This document shows, in pieces, positions 1 to 12,050 of a stretch of DNA of 64,000 nt. This DNA is from Caecitellus pseudoparvulus (lineage: Eukaryota > Protista > Bigyra: Bicosoecida): contig CBFFRQ010000041.1 of NCBI GenBank assembly GCA_965644315.1, positions 124,001 to 188,000 on the forward strand, in the 5' to 3' direction. Position 1 is the stretch's first letter, and each line of letters begins with the position of its first letter. A model generated the notes under the pieces. The model saw only the letters and a program-made list of their open reading frames with translations, was not told the DNA's origin and made no database searches. The position numbers and the translations under genes were made by a program.

Positions 1-226
1 GGAAGGCAGGCTGCAGCCCGACGCCGCCTCGCCCATGGGGCGGGGGCGGGTCCACCTCAACCCAGATGGCTCCTTCCGAGTCGTGCCGCAGCAGCCCCGT
101 GCGGGAGGCGGCGTGTCCCGGGCTGCAGGCGCTGCCAAGCCGGCAGCGGCGCCGCTGAAGCCCGGCCAGCACCCCCCTTCGCCTGCCAAGAAGGTGGGGG
201 GGCGAAAGAGAGGCCGCAGGCGGTAG
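1..226 (+). CDS. 3' end of an upstream gene (partial, unknown product, basic C-terminus)
   Basis: Open frame from the window edge ending ...KKVGGRKRGRRR* at 226, followed by AATGCATT at 247-254 as at other gene ends. Confidence 0.45.
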   Translation, partial: EGRLQPDAASPMGRGRVHLNPDGSFRVVPQQPRAGGGVSRAAGAAKPAAAPLKPGQHPPSPAKKVGGRKRGRRR

Positions 227-327
227 CAGGGGACGCAACATATTGAAATGCATTGTCGCTGCGTGCCGCCGCATTTCGCACTTGCAGTGGCTGGCCGCAA
301 GGCGGCGGGGTGTGTCACTGGTCAGGC

Positions 328-337
328 GCGGAAATTG
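328..337 (+). promoter_or_regulatory. Recurrent 5'-proximal motif GCGGAAATTG upstream of ORC1
   Basis: Exact 10-mer also at 47329 (+) and at 15818, 37672 and 52052 (reverse complement). Confidence 0.45.
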
Positions 338-347
338 GCCACCGACC

Positions 348-2636
348 ATGCCCTCTGCAAAGCGCAGGAGCAAGCGCCCACGCGACGAGGAACCCTCCAC
401 ACCCACAGGCCTGCAACCTGGCGAACGCAGGTTTCAATGGGTGGGCGAGGGCACGCCCGGGGCAGGGGGCACAGTCGAGTATGCTGCGCTTCTGATCGAG
501 ACTGGCTTGGGCGGGGAGGAGACACACACGGCCACAGTGCACGTGGGGGACAATGTGCTGGTCAGGGTAAATGCCGCCGGGCAGTACAACGTGCGTCTGT
601 CCTGCTGCCCGTCCTGCGCCTCACCAGGCCCACCACCCCGCTTGAGCGCCTTCCTGCAGTCGCTGTCTGTGGCCCGCGTGGAGCGGCTGTGGCACGGCGA
701 GGGCGACATGTGGATGACCAGCCGGTGGTACTACCACCCCCACGAGATGCCCGCCTTGAGCGTCGCGGTGTCCCTGGCCCAGTGAGCAGTCCGCCCCGCT
801 GCCATGGCCTGTACCCGCCTGCACCCCCCCGTCCCACCCCCCCATGTCCACAGCGAGGTGTGCCCCACACAGCACAGTGACGAAGGCATGGTGCGGTCCA
901 TCGTGGGGCCAGTCCAGGTGCGCCGTGTGCCTGTGACGTGTCCTGATCCAGCTGGCGGGCTGGGGCACGGCCACCTGTCCATGTCCATGCGGGTGGGCAC
1001 AGTGGCCACGGCAGTGCAGGCGCTGAACGAACTCAAAGTGCGCCGCACCGAGGCGCAGACGACGCCCGCCCCGCCAGCGCTGCCAGGGGACGCAGAGGAA
1101 GCAGCGGCACTTGCTGCGCAGTACGTCGTGCGTTACGCGTGTGACTACGGCACCAAGCAGCTGTACCCCGCGCCCGGTGACACGATGGAGGAGGTGTGGG
1201 CGGCGCTGGCCCGCACGGGGCATGCAAGTGCTGTCAGCAGCAGCAGCGGGGTGGCACGGGCCGTGGCGGGGCAAGAAGGGGGCACACATTCCCATGCCGG
1301 GGCAGGTGTGGGGGGCAGTTTTGCGGGTGAGGCAGTGTCTGCGGAGGGGGACGGAGGTGACCCGTTGGGCGCGGCGTGTGAGGCGCTGCGCCTGAGCGCC
1401 ATCCCACCCGCGCTCCCGTGCCGGGAGGAGGAGAGGGAACACATCAAACACTTTGTGGGAAGTGCAGTGCAGCAGGGCGGACTGGGCTGCGCCCTGTACG
1501 TGAGCGGCATGCCCGGCACTGGCAAGACTGCCACGGTCAGTGAGGTGGTGCGGGAACTGCAGACAGAGAGCCAGCGTGGGCAGGACATGCCGCCATTCAT
1601 GTACGTGGAGGTGAACGCCATGAAGCTGAGCCACCCGTACCAGCTGTACACCACGCTGTGGAATGCCATCGCGCGGCAATCAGCGGTGGGCACGGGCGGC
1701 GCGTCGCGGTTCAAAGGCAAGCGCACGACAAAAGCGCTGCCCACCACCACTTCCACGCAGCGCGCAGTGCAGTTCTTGGACGCACACTTCACAAAACCGT
1801 CCACTCACTTGCCAACGGTGGTGTTGCTGGTGGATGAGCTGGACTACCTCGTCACACGCAAGCAAACCGTGCTGTACAACCTGTTCGAGTGGCCAACCCG
1901 CCCAGCGTCGCGGCTGGTGGTGCTGGGCATCGCCAACACCATGGACCTCCCGGAACGCATGCTGCCCAAGGTGCACTCCCGTCTAGGCATGGGGCGCCTG
2001 GTCTTCCAGCCGTACACGCGGCAGCAGATCTGCACCATCATCGCCGACAGGCTGTCTGCACTGCAGGCGTTCGACACCAAGGCAGTGGAGCTGGCAGCCC
2101 GCAAGGTGGCCAGCGTCTCAGGGGACATCCGCAGGGCCCTGCAGGTGTGCCGTGCAGCGGTAGAGCAGGCTCGAAAGCGGCGGGCAGCAGCGCCTGGCGC
2201 CGCCTCCCGGAAAGCTGTGCGCGTTGGCGTGGCAGATGTCAACGCAGCAGCACGCGCCATGGCCGCCTCCCACGCTGTGCTGTCAGTGAAGCAGGCAGCG
2301 CCCCTGGAACGCCTGCTGCTGCTGTCCCTCGCACTGTGCTTGCGTTCTGCAGGCACGGAGGGCGTGCCAGGCAGCATGGTGGTGCAGCGGGCGGCGGGCA
2401 TTCGCCGCACGGCGCTGGGCCGCAGCGACGAAGTGCCGCACCGGCAGTGGCTGCAGTGCATGGGGCGCCTGCTGGACTGCCGCCTGTGCCGCGCAGAGAA
2501 AGACACCAGCCGGGGCATGGGCGCCGCCACCAATGCTCTGCCTGCGCAGTTGAAGCTGAACGTGCAAGTGGACGACGTGGCGCTGGCGTTGCGCGAGCAC
2601 GCTCAGCTGGGCACCCTCGCGCAGCAGCTGCTGTGA
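348..2636 (+). CDS. ORC1: Origin recognition complex subunit 1 (BAH domain + AAA+ ATPase)
   Basis: BAH-like N-terminus (VARVERLW...WYYHPHE...HEVCPTQHSDE) joined across introns 591-659 and 782-853; LPCREEE, Walker A GMPGTGKT, Walker B LLVDELD, IANTMDLPER, SGDIRRAL. Confidence 0.93.
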
Positions 2637-2753
2637 GGCGCGTCAGGGCCGGCGCAATGCAGCGCTTGTCACATTCTGCACTTCACTGACCTGACCGTGG
2701 TCAGTTGTCCCCGCTGGCGCAGCTCGCCATGCACTTGCACTTGCTTGCACACC

Positions 2754-5700
2754 ATGTACGGCTCAGCATCAGGGCGCAGTGATCGAGGGCGGTACGACCG
2801 CCCAGGTTCCGGTCCTGGGCGGGGCCGGGGGGGCTTTCGGGGAGGTCGAGGCCGAGGGGGGCGAGGAGGGGGCCGGCAGCCCAGCACGCGGCACAGGCAG
2901 GAAGGCGCCCGCTTCCGCGTAGCTGTGCGTGCGCCGCGGAATTTGAACGGCGCCTGTCGCAAGTGTGCGCTGCTCCGCCCAGCGCCTGACCACGCGCGCT
3001 GTGCCCTGTGCAGACGAACTTCTACTCCTCTGCCATTCGTGTCAGCGAGTTCCTGCAATACGGCTACGACGTGAAGGTGAGCCGTGGCGGTGCAGGGTCT
3101 CAGCCTGCGGCGATGTGCAGGTCCGCCGTGCACGTGCGCAGTTTTACACGGCGCCCCCCGAGGGAGAGCGCACTCTGCTGCCCGCCAGTGACCTGAAGGA
3201 CACATTGCGAGCTCTGCTCATTCACCGGGCGCTGGAAGACAAGTGAGTGCGCAGTGCGGCGCCGGCCAGTGCGGCGCAGTGCACCACTGGCTCACGGCTG
3301 CCCGCGCTGGTCACAGGCTGGGCAAAGACCGCGTGGCGCACCAGCGGGAGCTGGGCTCCATCTACGACGCAGCCCAGCGGGAGTCCAAGATTTTCCTGGT
3401 GCCGTCGGGCAACACCGTGTACACCACCCGCCTCCTGGGCGTGGACGGCTCGGGCGCGGCAGAGGAGTTCACTGCACACACGACCCTGCGCGGGAGGGAC
3501 GGCACCTCCACGGCCTACGAGCTGGACTTCACGCCCGTGGCAGACCTGTCCGACATGCCCGAGACGCAGCTGGAGGCAGTGGACAACGCGTACCTGCGCC
3601 GCCTGCAGGCCCTCATCCCAGAGGACTCTCGGCTGCTGGGGGCTGAGCACGTCCTGTCCATCGACAACGAGCTGGTGCTGGTGCCGTCCAGCGCCGAGGC
3701 ACAGCAGCACCAGGTGGGGCGGAAGGGGCTGGGCATGATGCCCTCCGTGCGCACCACCCGCCGCACGGTGGGGGAGGCCGCCTACCTCGTGGCCCGGGCC
3801 AAGACCAAGTGCATGTCCCTGGACCACATGGCCGGCAAGCTGGCCGCCTGCCGGGGGGACATCCGCGACTTCCTGGGGTGCAGCATCACCACCATGCACG
3901 GCGCGCGCCAGCGGCGGTCGTACCTCATCGCCGGCCTGGACAGCCAGCGGGCAGGGGACTACACCTTCGAGCACCAGGGCAGCAACATCTCCGTGGTGCA
4001 GTACTTCGCCCAGCAGTACCGCATCACCGTGCCGCCAGACGACTACCTGCTGAAGGTCATCCCCCGCCGCGACGCGCAGAAGATCGGCAAGCGCGCCCTG
4101 GCCCGCATCGCCGAGGAGGAGGGCAGGGAGGGACACCGCCCCCTGGCCCGCATCCCCGCCAGCACCGCGCGCCTGGTGGGCATGTCCGGTGCCGACCAGC
4201 GTGACTCGGAGGCGCGCCGGGACATGGTGCGCGTGGCGTCCATCGTCGCGCCAGAGGCCCGGCGACGCACGGAGGCGGTGGTGGCGGCTCTGCAGCGCGC
4301 CGACGCCAGCCTGGGCGGGGCGGTGGAGGTGGCGGGCAAGTACATGGGCCCAGCCAAGCTGCACGCGGCGCAGGGCAAGGCGCGCTTCCAGGCACAGAGC
4401 ATCCAGAGCAAGCCAGACGGCAACTTCACACTGGGGCGGGGCGGCTCCATTTCCGCAGGCGTGGACTGGGGAGCAGAGGTGGGCTCTGACTTCATCGTGG
4501 CGGCCACGGAGGCAGCTTGGCGCGACCTGGGCCACGTCATGGGCGGCTTGGAGCGGCAACTGCGTGCCATGGGCGTGGGGCTGGCCCAGGCGGCACACAT
4601 CCTGCGCCTGGAGGGGCGCGGCGAGGGCACGCAGTGGCTGGACCTCATCGCCAGCACGTACGAGGAGGCGCCGGCGGAGAACAAGCCGCGATTCGTGATC
4701 GTGGTGCTGGCGCGGCAGGATGAGGCGCTGTACTACGGCGTCAAGGCATACTCCATCTTCGGCCGCCTGCCCATCCCCTCCCAGTTCGTCATTGCACAGA
4801 ACTTCGAAAAGAAGGCCGACAAGCTGGCCGTGCAGCTGAGCGCCAAGCTGAACCGCAACGTGTACGGCTGCCCCGAGCTGCCTGCCGTCATGCAGCAGTT
4901 GTCCGGCAAGGCGCCGTACATGGTGGCGGGCGTGGACACGGCCCCCGGAGTGGCCACCCTCACCTTCACCCTGGACGCCTCCCTGTGCCAGACGGCGACG
5001 GTGTTCGCAGACTGCCCCCGCGGCAGTTCCCGCCTCCCTGTCGGGGAGCTGCTGCTGCGGGCGCTGGCGCTGTGGAACCGCAACACCCTCAAGTCCTCCA
5101 AGGTGGCCGCCTCCACGGGCGGCCGGGGGTACTTCCCCACGTGCGTGTACCTGTACCGCACAGGCGCGTCACAGGGCGTGCTGGACGCCCACGTCCGGGG
5201 CAGCCAGCCCCTGGTCATTGAGGCTGGCGACGAGAAGGATGCGCTGGCCTTCGAAGAGGTGCTGGGCGCAGTGCGCGCTGTGCCCACCGAGGCAGAGCAG
5301 CTGTGCTTCGTGCTCAGTCGGTGGGACGCCTACACCGGCGTGCAGCCCCAGCTGGGGTATGCCGTCATCCAGGCGGACACGGATGTGCGGCTGTGGGACG
5401 GGGAGAGCCCTGGCGGCAGCACCAACGTGCCCAACGGCACCGTCGTGGACAGCACCATCGTCGCGCCAGACTCCTTCGTGTACGTGCCCTGTGAGACCCA
5501 CATGGCCATGGGCCGCCCCATCGAGCACAAACTCGTGGCGGCGGTGGGGCCCACCCTCTCGACGGCGCTACAGGAAGGCCCCGACGGCGACGCGGTGCGG
5601 GGCTTGCTGCAGCGCGCCACCCGTGACTTCTGCTCCCTGTACTTCAACTGGCAGGGGCCCGTGCGTCTGCCCGCCCCCCTCGCCAAGGCCAAGCGTGCTG

Positions 5701-5948
5701 CAGAGCTCATCGCGGAGTGCCTGTCCAAGGCCAGTGGCGCAGTGCATGCTTGCGCTGCCGCAGCGACGCAGGGCGGCAGCACCTTCGCCCCGCCGCCCAC
5801 TGCGCCTGCAGGCATGGGTGACAGCGGCATCGCCCACGTGCACTCCGTGGCCGGGCAGGCCGGGGAGCAGGGCTTCTCGTCCCTCCTGGCTCAGCTGGCC
5901 GACCTTGGGTACGCGTCGGCACTGGCGCTGGGACAGTATGAATTGTAG
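2754..5948 (+). CDS. Divergent PIWI/Argonaute family protein (RGG-rich N-terminus, PAZ, MID, PIWI), predicted slicer-inactive
   Basis: Introns 2925-3013, 3077-3141 and 3243-3316 give GARFRVATNFY...YDVKF; PAZ-like ISVVQYFAQQYRI; MID YYGVK...PSQ...QLSAKL; PIWI MVAGVD, NVPNGTVVD, YFNWQGPVRLPAP. Confidence 0.88.
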
Positions 5949-5979
5949 GCCGGCGGAGCCTGGGCCGAGCATGACCCGC

Positions 5980-8900
5980 TCACATGTACAGGCCGCCCAG
6001 AGTGGAGGACAGCAGAGCCTCGGCCTGGGCGGCAGCTGCGGTGGCGGGGGGTGCGCCCCGGAACAGGAGCAAGGCGGTGCCCTGCCCCTCCCCGTGCCGC
6101 CCCACCACCATGCCAAAGTCCCGCGTGGCCTCCACGTACTCCGCCTTGTGGGCAGGCACTGCCAGGTGTGGGAACAGCGCTGTGTGCGGCGGCGTCTGCA
6201 GGGCTGTGTGCGCTGCGTGCAGTGGCACGCGCAGGGCCTTGGGCAGCTGCTCCAGGAGCTGGGAGGCCACCACTCCGCCGTGCGTGGACGCCTGCGAGGC
6301 GGTGGGGGGCGGCCCCAGCCCTGCCATGTGCACGAGCGCATTGCGCCCCCCGGTACTGCCCGGTCGGTCCGTGCCAGGGTAGTAAATGTGCGTGGGCATG
6401 GAGGTGGGTGCGGCGGCGCACGCCTGCGCCAGGGCAGGGTGTGCCTCGCGGAGGGCCGGCAGCAGCTCCCCCCGCACAGTCTGCAGCACAGCCCAGCGGA
6501 ATGCACGCCACGCCACCGTGTCCCGCTCACACGTGTCTTGTGCCTCGCTCAGCTCGCCGTCCAACCGGCGCAACGAGGCGCTGGCGCAGTGCTCCCCAGC
6601 TTGTGCTGGTGCGAGTGGCGCCGGGGCCGAGGACTGCTGAGGTACGAGGGCATCGCTGGCCTTGGCCCGCAAGGCCATCGACCCTGCCCGCCGGGCCTTG
6701 GGGCCCAGCGACAACCCCCGAACCCTGCTAGGGGTCACGCCCTCCCCGTCATCCTCATCCTCCTCCTCCTCCTCTGTGTGGGGGTCTGTGGGCCGCGTGA
6801 AGTCCTGCTTGAAGGCCGGGAAGGCAGACCCGGACACCAGCGGCTGCAGGCGGATGTACAGCAAGGCAGTGGCGTTGCCTGCCTGCACCGCCACCACGCG
6901 GTGAGAGGGTGCCTCCGGCCCCTCCAGGAACACGCCAGGACACCACAGCCGGGGCACGCGGGCGTCCACACCCCCTTCGTCCCCCTCTGCCCCCTCCGCC
7001 TCGGCAGCTGCGATGCTGGACGCAGACGCCTGTGCCTGCAGCTCTCGACTGGGGCGACCTCCGTACCTTCGCAGGATGTCACGCCGTCCCACAGCAGCAC
7101 GGGGCCCGCTGCGGGTAAGGGTGCCACGCCGAGTCATAGAGGGGGACACGGGCGCCTCAGGGCCAGTGTGGCTGCCGTCACTGCTACTGGCGCTGGCGGG
7201 GCTGTCCCGGGGCTGAGTGTGGGCGGCTGCCGCGCCCGCCCCGTCGGCAGTGGAGTGGATGGTGGAGGGGGGGTGGGCGGATGGGGGGGGCGCCGGGGCC
7301 CTGGAGATGGAGGCAGGCTGCTGCCCAGCTGGGTCGTTGAACCACACCATGCCAGGCCCAGCACCCCCACCCCTGAGCAGGGAGCTGACGTGGCAGCCAG
7401 GCTCCGGGGTGGGCGGGGCGGCAGTGTGGGGCACGCCCGACACTGCCTCTGCGAACACGCTCGCCGTGGCGGCTGCGTGGGGCAGGGAGTCCAGGTAGGA
7501 CAGCGCAATGGGCGGCACCCGCATCACGTGCAGGCGGGGCGGCACAGCTGCCAGCCCCTGCAGCACCCCCCCTGCGCCAGCTGCCGCGGTGAAGGCGGGG
7601 GGGCATGCAGGCGCGGGTTTGTGTGCGTACAGGAAGGCATGCGTGATGCCTGCCGCCTCCTCCCGGGCCTTGGGGGGGGGTGGCAGACGCCACTGCCCCC
7701 CTGCCGCACCCACCTCCTTGGGCTGCTCTGCCAGCGCCTCGGCCGGCAAGCGTGCGCTCCACCAGAACGCCACGGTGCCGGGGACACGCCGCAGCCCCAG
7801 CACAGCGGCGCCACGCAGGAGCCCAGCCGCACGCGCCATGGCGGCGTCTTCCGCGGACCCAGCACCGTTGGCATCCTCGCTCGGCGTTGCGGCAGCTGGG
7901 AGCGGAGGATCCGACGCAGCGCCCGCCCCCAGCACTGGCTCCACGCTGGACCACCCTCGTGGCCGCATGCCCACCGCCACCCCGACGGCGTCTCCAGACC
8001 GCTCTCCGCCACTCTGCAGGCCGGGTGTGGGGGGTGGGCCGGCGTGGTGCCACCTCCATGGCGGCACGTACGTGCCTTGGCACATGGCTGCCGTGTGCCA
8101 GCGGAGGTACCGCATGAGAGGGGCTAGCCCCGGCACAGCGGCCCCCGCCACCACCCGCCCGTCAAACAGCACGGACGTGTGGTCCACTGCCGCGCAGGAG
8201 GCACGGGCACGCCGCACAGCCTCCTTCAGACGCCGCAAGGTGCCGCCGAACAGGAGCCCCCCCAACACCCCCTGCCGCTCAATGGCGTGCAGCAGGTTCA
8301 GGCTGGCGAAGTCTGTGTGCCAAATGCCAAAGTCGTACACGGCAGCCAGGGTGTGGCGCAGGGCCACGATGGGCGACACCGCTTGCAGCTGCAGCAGCTC
8401 TGCCGCCTGCCCCATGGCCTCGCGCTGCCCCGCCTGCAGTTTGGCAGTGGGGGGCGGGGCAGCGGAGGCACCTGCGCGTGATGCGGCGTACTTGACGGCA
8501 TAAGCCTCCTTGTCCACCTGTCGGCAGGTCTTGCGGAACAGTGCGCGGAGGTGCCGGATGTGCGTGGCCACGGCGGCGGCTGCGGAGTGGGCCAGGACGC
8601 GGTTCACGCCGCCGTGCAACAGGCGGTACGTGTCGTGCAGGCCCAGGACGTAGTGCACGAGGGTGTCGTCGTCGGGCAGTGTGTGCAGGGGCAGGGTGTG
8701 CAGGGGCGTGGGCACGTCCCCGCCACTGGGCACTGGCGCCGGCTGCACAGGCGTGCACACGGCATGGGGCGACAGCGGCGACACGAGGTGGGCGGGCAAC
8801 AGGGAGGTTCGGGGTCGAGCGTACTGCACCTTGGGGGACTTCAGACACTGTCGTTGCGGGGGGGCAGGTGGGGAGGTGTGGCGTGCAGCACAGGCGGCGC

Positions 8901-9437
8901 AGGCGGCGCACGCACCAGGGCAGCCCACACTCCCGGTTCCACCTCCACCATGACGTAGCGGCGCTCCGTCAGGCGCACCACCGCCGTGCGGCGGCCTTGC
9001 AGGACGCTCTGTGACACCTTTGCGTGGTCCACTTCGGTGTGGCGCTTCGCAGTGTCCACTCCGAACCACCTGCACAGCGGGAGGTGTCCAGGAAATGTGA
9101 AGCGCAGGGAAGCTTGGCAGCAAGCCAGGCCAGCACGCACTCTGTGACGCTGAGCAGGCCCTTGCAGAACTGCACATGGCGACACATGCCCTCCACGGGC
9201 ACTGCAGCGGGAAAGAAATACAGGATTTCCTCGTGCTGCTCCGCCTCGCTCGCATCTTCGTCGCTGGTGCCTGCGCAACCGGCGTGGCCATCAAGTGCAG
9301 TGCCGCAGGTCTGGCAGCAGCAAAGCTCAGGTGCACCCACTCAAGTCCTCGGCGAAAATGCAGAAGCTGGAGAACATTCCTGCATCATGCTCCTTCGCGC
9401 TCAGCTTCATCGGCAAGGAGGCTGGCCCGGCCATCAT
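5980..9437 (-). CDS. CCZ1: CCZ1-like longin-domain vacuolar fusion protein with long low-complexity insertions
   Basis: Spliced model (introns 9271-9340, 9070-9140, 8848-8915) gives SFCIF...EEILYFFP...EVEPGVWAAL...LHDTYRLLHG; C-terminal MVVGRH segment resembles the CCZ1 end. Confidence 0.65.
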
Positions 9438-9692
9438 GGTGACGGGAGGGTCGGCTGGTGCGCAGCGTGGCGCTGGGCTGCTGGATGCCCAACCCTGCTG
9501 CGGCCACGCGGAGGCCAGCGCAGGCTGCACTGCCCAGCTTCAGGCGCTTGTCGATCTGGCTGGATACTTTATTTTGAAAAATTGCGAGGAGTACTGCTTC
9601 GTGGCAGGGGCGAATTGGCGGCGTTTCGCTCCTTGGCAATGTCGAACCCATGCCAACACAGCACCAGTACATTGCAGGTGCGCCTCAGAGGC

Positions 9693-11693
9693 CTATCCGG
9701 CACTTTGTCGGATGGGCTCCTGGGTGACAACAATGCCATCCGCCTCGTCTGGGTCGTCTACGCGCAGCCCCTTGAGCCGGATGCGCAGGTACTTTGGCAG
9801 AGCCCAGGACGGTGGGTCTGCCACCTCCTGCACATGGATGGCGACGGCCCCAGGCGTCAGGCTCTGCACGCTCTCACCCCGTACATGCACTGCGTAGCGC
9901 ACTTGTTCGGAGCTGCCTTGAGCGTCCAGGTCCGTTGCGTAGCACAGCAAACTGTCCAAATCCCACACATCTCCTTGCGACAGTTTTGAGCGGTTGGCAG
10001 CTTCGATGAGGCTCCCGAACAACACAGGAGGGCACTCGCCTGCACCTGGCAGGGGGGGGAACAGGAAACCTGCCCCCGGTGGAGACAGCAAGACGCCCTG
10101 TGCTCCGCGCTCCGACGCAATGTGCACGAAGGAGGCATTGAAGCGGACAGGCGTGACCGTGTCTTCGACGGCAGTCACCCAATCGCCCACGCGTGCTGCG
10201 CTGTGGATCCACGCAGGAGCCGCCCCGCCCTCGCCTTCGAAATGAAGTTCCAAGGCAGGCAGGCAGGTCGCTGCAGGCGCACACTGCGCCTGCGTCTGCA
10301 GTCCGTAGCCATCGTTGAAAGCGTAGTGCGCCGCCCGTGCTGAGGCTGCAGGCACCCATGATGTGGTGTTCCACATAGGTATCGGAAGCGCCACGCTGTG
10401 GGGGATTACAACAACCTCGTCCACGTCCCCTGAGAAGAAGCCGGACAGAGGCTGATCGCTGCTCAGCTGCCCCGCGCCAAGGACCACCTGCACCCGCTCA
10501 CTCCCGCAGCCCACGGCTTTGTACTCTGGAATCCTGCGCAGATGGGCAGAGATGGGAGCTGCTCCATTCACTGACAGCAACGCATGCGTCCCGTTCCAAA
10601 CCCAAGTCACACCATGCCACGCCTGCAGCGGCAAGGCCACGTTTGGACTCCAGGTTTCTAGTGCCTCCAAGTCTGGCCCGGAGAACTGGATCGTGGGCCT
10701 GGCTGTGAAAGAGCCCCGCTCGAGTTTCATGCCAATGCGCACACCTCCCACCCCCTTGCTGGCCCAAGACATGAGCCATTGCGTGGTTGTCTCCTGGCCT
10801 GCGCTGGACAGGCGCACGTGCATACTGAGCGTGAAATCGTGCATGCAACGCCAAGGTTTTCGGTGGGCTGCCATGGATGCATATGAGCGCTTCTCGGCTT
10901 CAAAACGCAACGCGTACCCTGCTGTGGAAGCCGCTGGAGCAGGCAGAGACGGCGGGGAGGCTGCCTGCATGATCTGTGTGACCGACTCGTCAGTCAGCAC
11001 CTTGTCGAACACGAGGACAGAATCCGCGATGCCGACAAACCCTGGCACGTGGGGGGAGTCCTCAGAGGCGCTGCTGCCCAGCAGCAAAGTGCTGTGCTGG
11101 CCGCTGAATGTCGGCGTGCTCGGCAGCCTGCCGGAGTGCAGGCGGCCGTCCACCCACAGCCGGACAGAAAGGTCCGACATGTCGTAGGAAACAAAGACGT
11201 GGCTCCAGTGATTCGGGCGCACCGGGAACGGTGAGACCAGTGTCATGCCAAGCGCCCCGACACCCCACATCGCCTGCTCCGAGCCTGACCCGTGCACGAT
11301 GCAGATGCACCGTGCCGCAGCAGGGTCTGCATCCACGTTGCCCACCACCACACGCTTGCCAACCCCAGACGCCGTAGTGGGGAAGAACCACCCCCCGAAC
11401 GAAGCGACAGGCATGGCAACAGGGCGGACGTCCACACCGACGTCCACTGCGTCGCTTGCATGGGAGAAGTAGCCTCCAGAGCCTGACCGCCCGGCAACTC
11501 GCAGTGGCAAGCTTCGATTTCCGAATCGATTCAGCCCGCTCCAGCTGCCACCACGGAGAGGAGACTGGGGTTCGTCGAAAGAAACATCAGCCACGATGCT
11601 TCCCGCAAACGGCAGGTAGGACGGGGAGGGACCAGCCTTGCAAGCAGCAGCCAGGGCAAACGCAGCGGCGAAACGCCACGCAATCCGCGGCAT
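9693..11693 (-). CDS. Secreted protein with two LamG/concanavalin-A-like domains
   Basis: Signal-peptide-like MPRIAWRFAAAFALAAACKA; two LamG-like units (NHWSHVFVSYD...LWVDG...FVGIADSVLVFDKVLT; AWHGVTWVWNG...FSGDVDEV); intronless ORF. Confidence 0.75.
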   Translation of the reverse strand: MPRIAWRFAAAFALAAACKAGPSPSYLPFAGSIVADVSFDEPQSPLRGGSWSGLNRFGNRSLPLRVAGRSGSGGYFSHASDAVDVGVDVRPVAMPVASFGGWFFPTTASGVGKRVVVGNVDADPAAARCICIVHGSGSEQAMWGVGALGMTLVSPFPVRPNHWSHVFVSYDMSDLSVRLWVDGRLHSGRLPSTPTFSGQHSTLLLGSSASEDSPHVPGFVGIADSVLVFDKVLTDESVTQIMQAASPPSLPAPAASTAGYALRFEAEKRSYASMAAHRKPWRCMHDFTLSMHVRLSSAGQETTTQWLMSWASKGVGGVRIGMKLERGSFTARPTIQFSGPDLEALETWSPNVALPLQAWHGVTWVWNGTHALLSVNGAAPISAHLRRIPEYKAVGCGSERVQVVLGAGQLSSDQPLSGFFSGDVDEVVVIPHSVALPIPMWNTTSWVPAASARAAHYAFNDGYGLQTQAQCAPAATCLPALELHFEGEGGAAPAWIHSAARVGDWVTAVEDTVTPVRFNASFVHIASERGAQGVLLSPPGAGFLFPPLPGAGECPPVLFGSLIEAANRSKLSQGDVWDLDSLLCYATDLDAQGSSEQVRYAVHVRGESVQSLTPGAVAIHVQEVADPPSWALPKYLRIRLKGLRVDDPDEADGIVVTQEPIRQSAG

Positions 11694-12050
11694 GAGCGAA
11701 GCGCAGAGCTTGGAGCGACGAAGGCCACGAAAGCTACCGGAAGCGTGACAGGAAACTCTTTGCAGCCTTGCCCTTTTGAGAGTGGCCACTCCAGCGCACT
11801 GCAATCAGTGTGGCAATTGGTGTGTGGTGGAGAGGGTGTGGGAAAGCCTCAGCCGCCGGCAACCAGACGCGGCCCTGTTGTGTGCCTGCACAGTAGGGAG
11901 TAACTTTCTGATCGCCTTTGGGAACTACTTCGCAGGTAGTACAGAAATTGTCGCTCTATCTTCAGTGTCCAGTCGCGAGCATTGTTGAGCCCAAACCTGG
12001 AACTGTGCTTCACGGCGCTCGTTGCTTGCGCTCCGCCCAGCACCTCACAG

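Noticed and set aside
5218-8127. 969-aa plus-strand ORF and many other long overlapping ORFs (e.g. 39198-41063, 48242-50017)
   Set aside because: Arg/Gly/Pro-rich shadow frames expected at high GC, overlapping better-supported genes.
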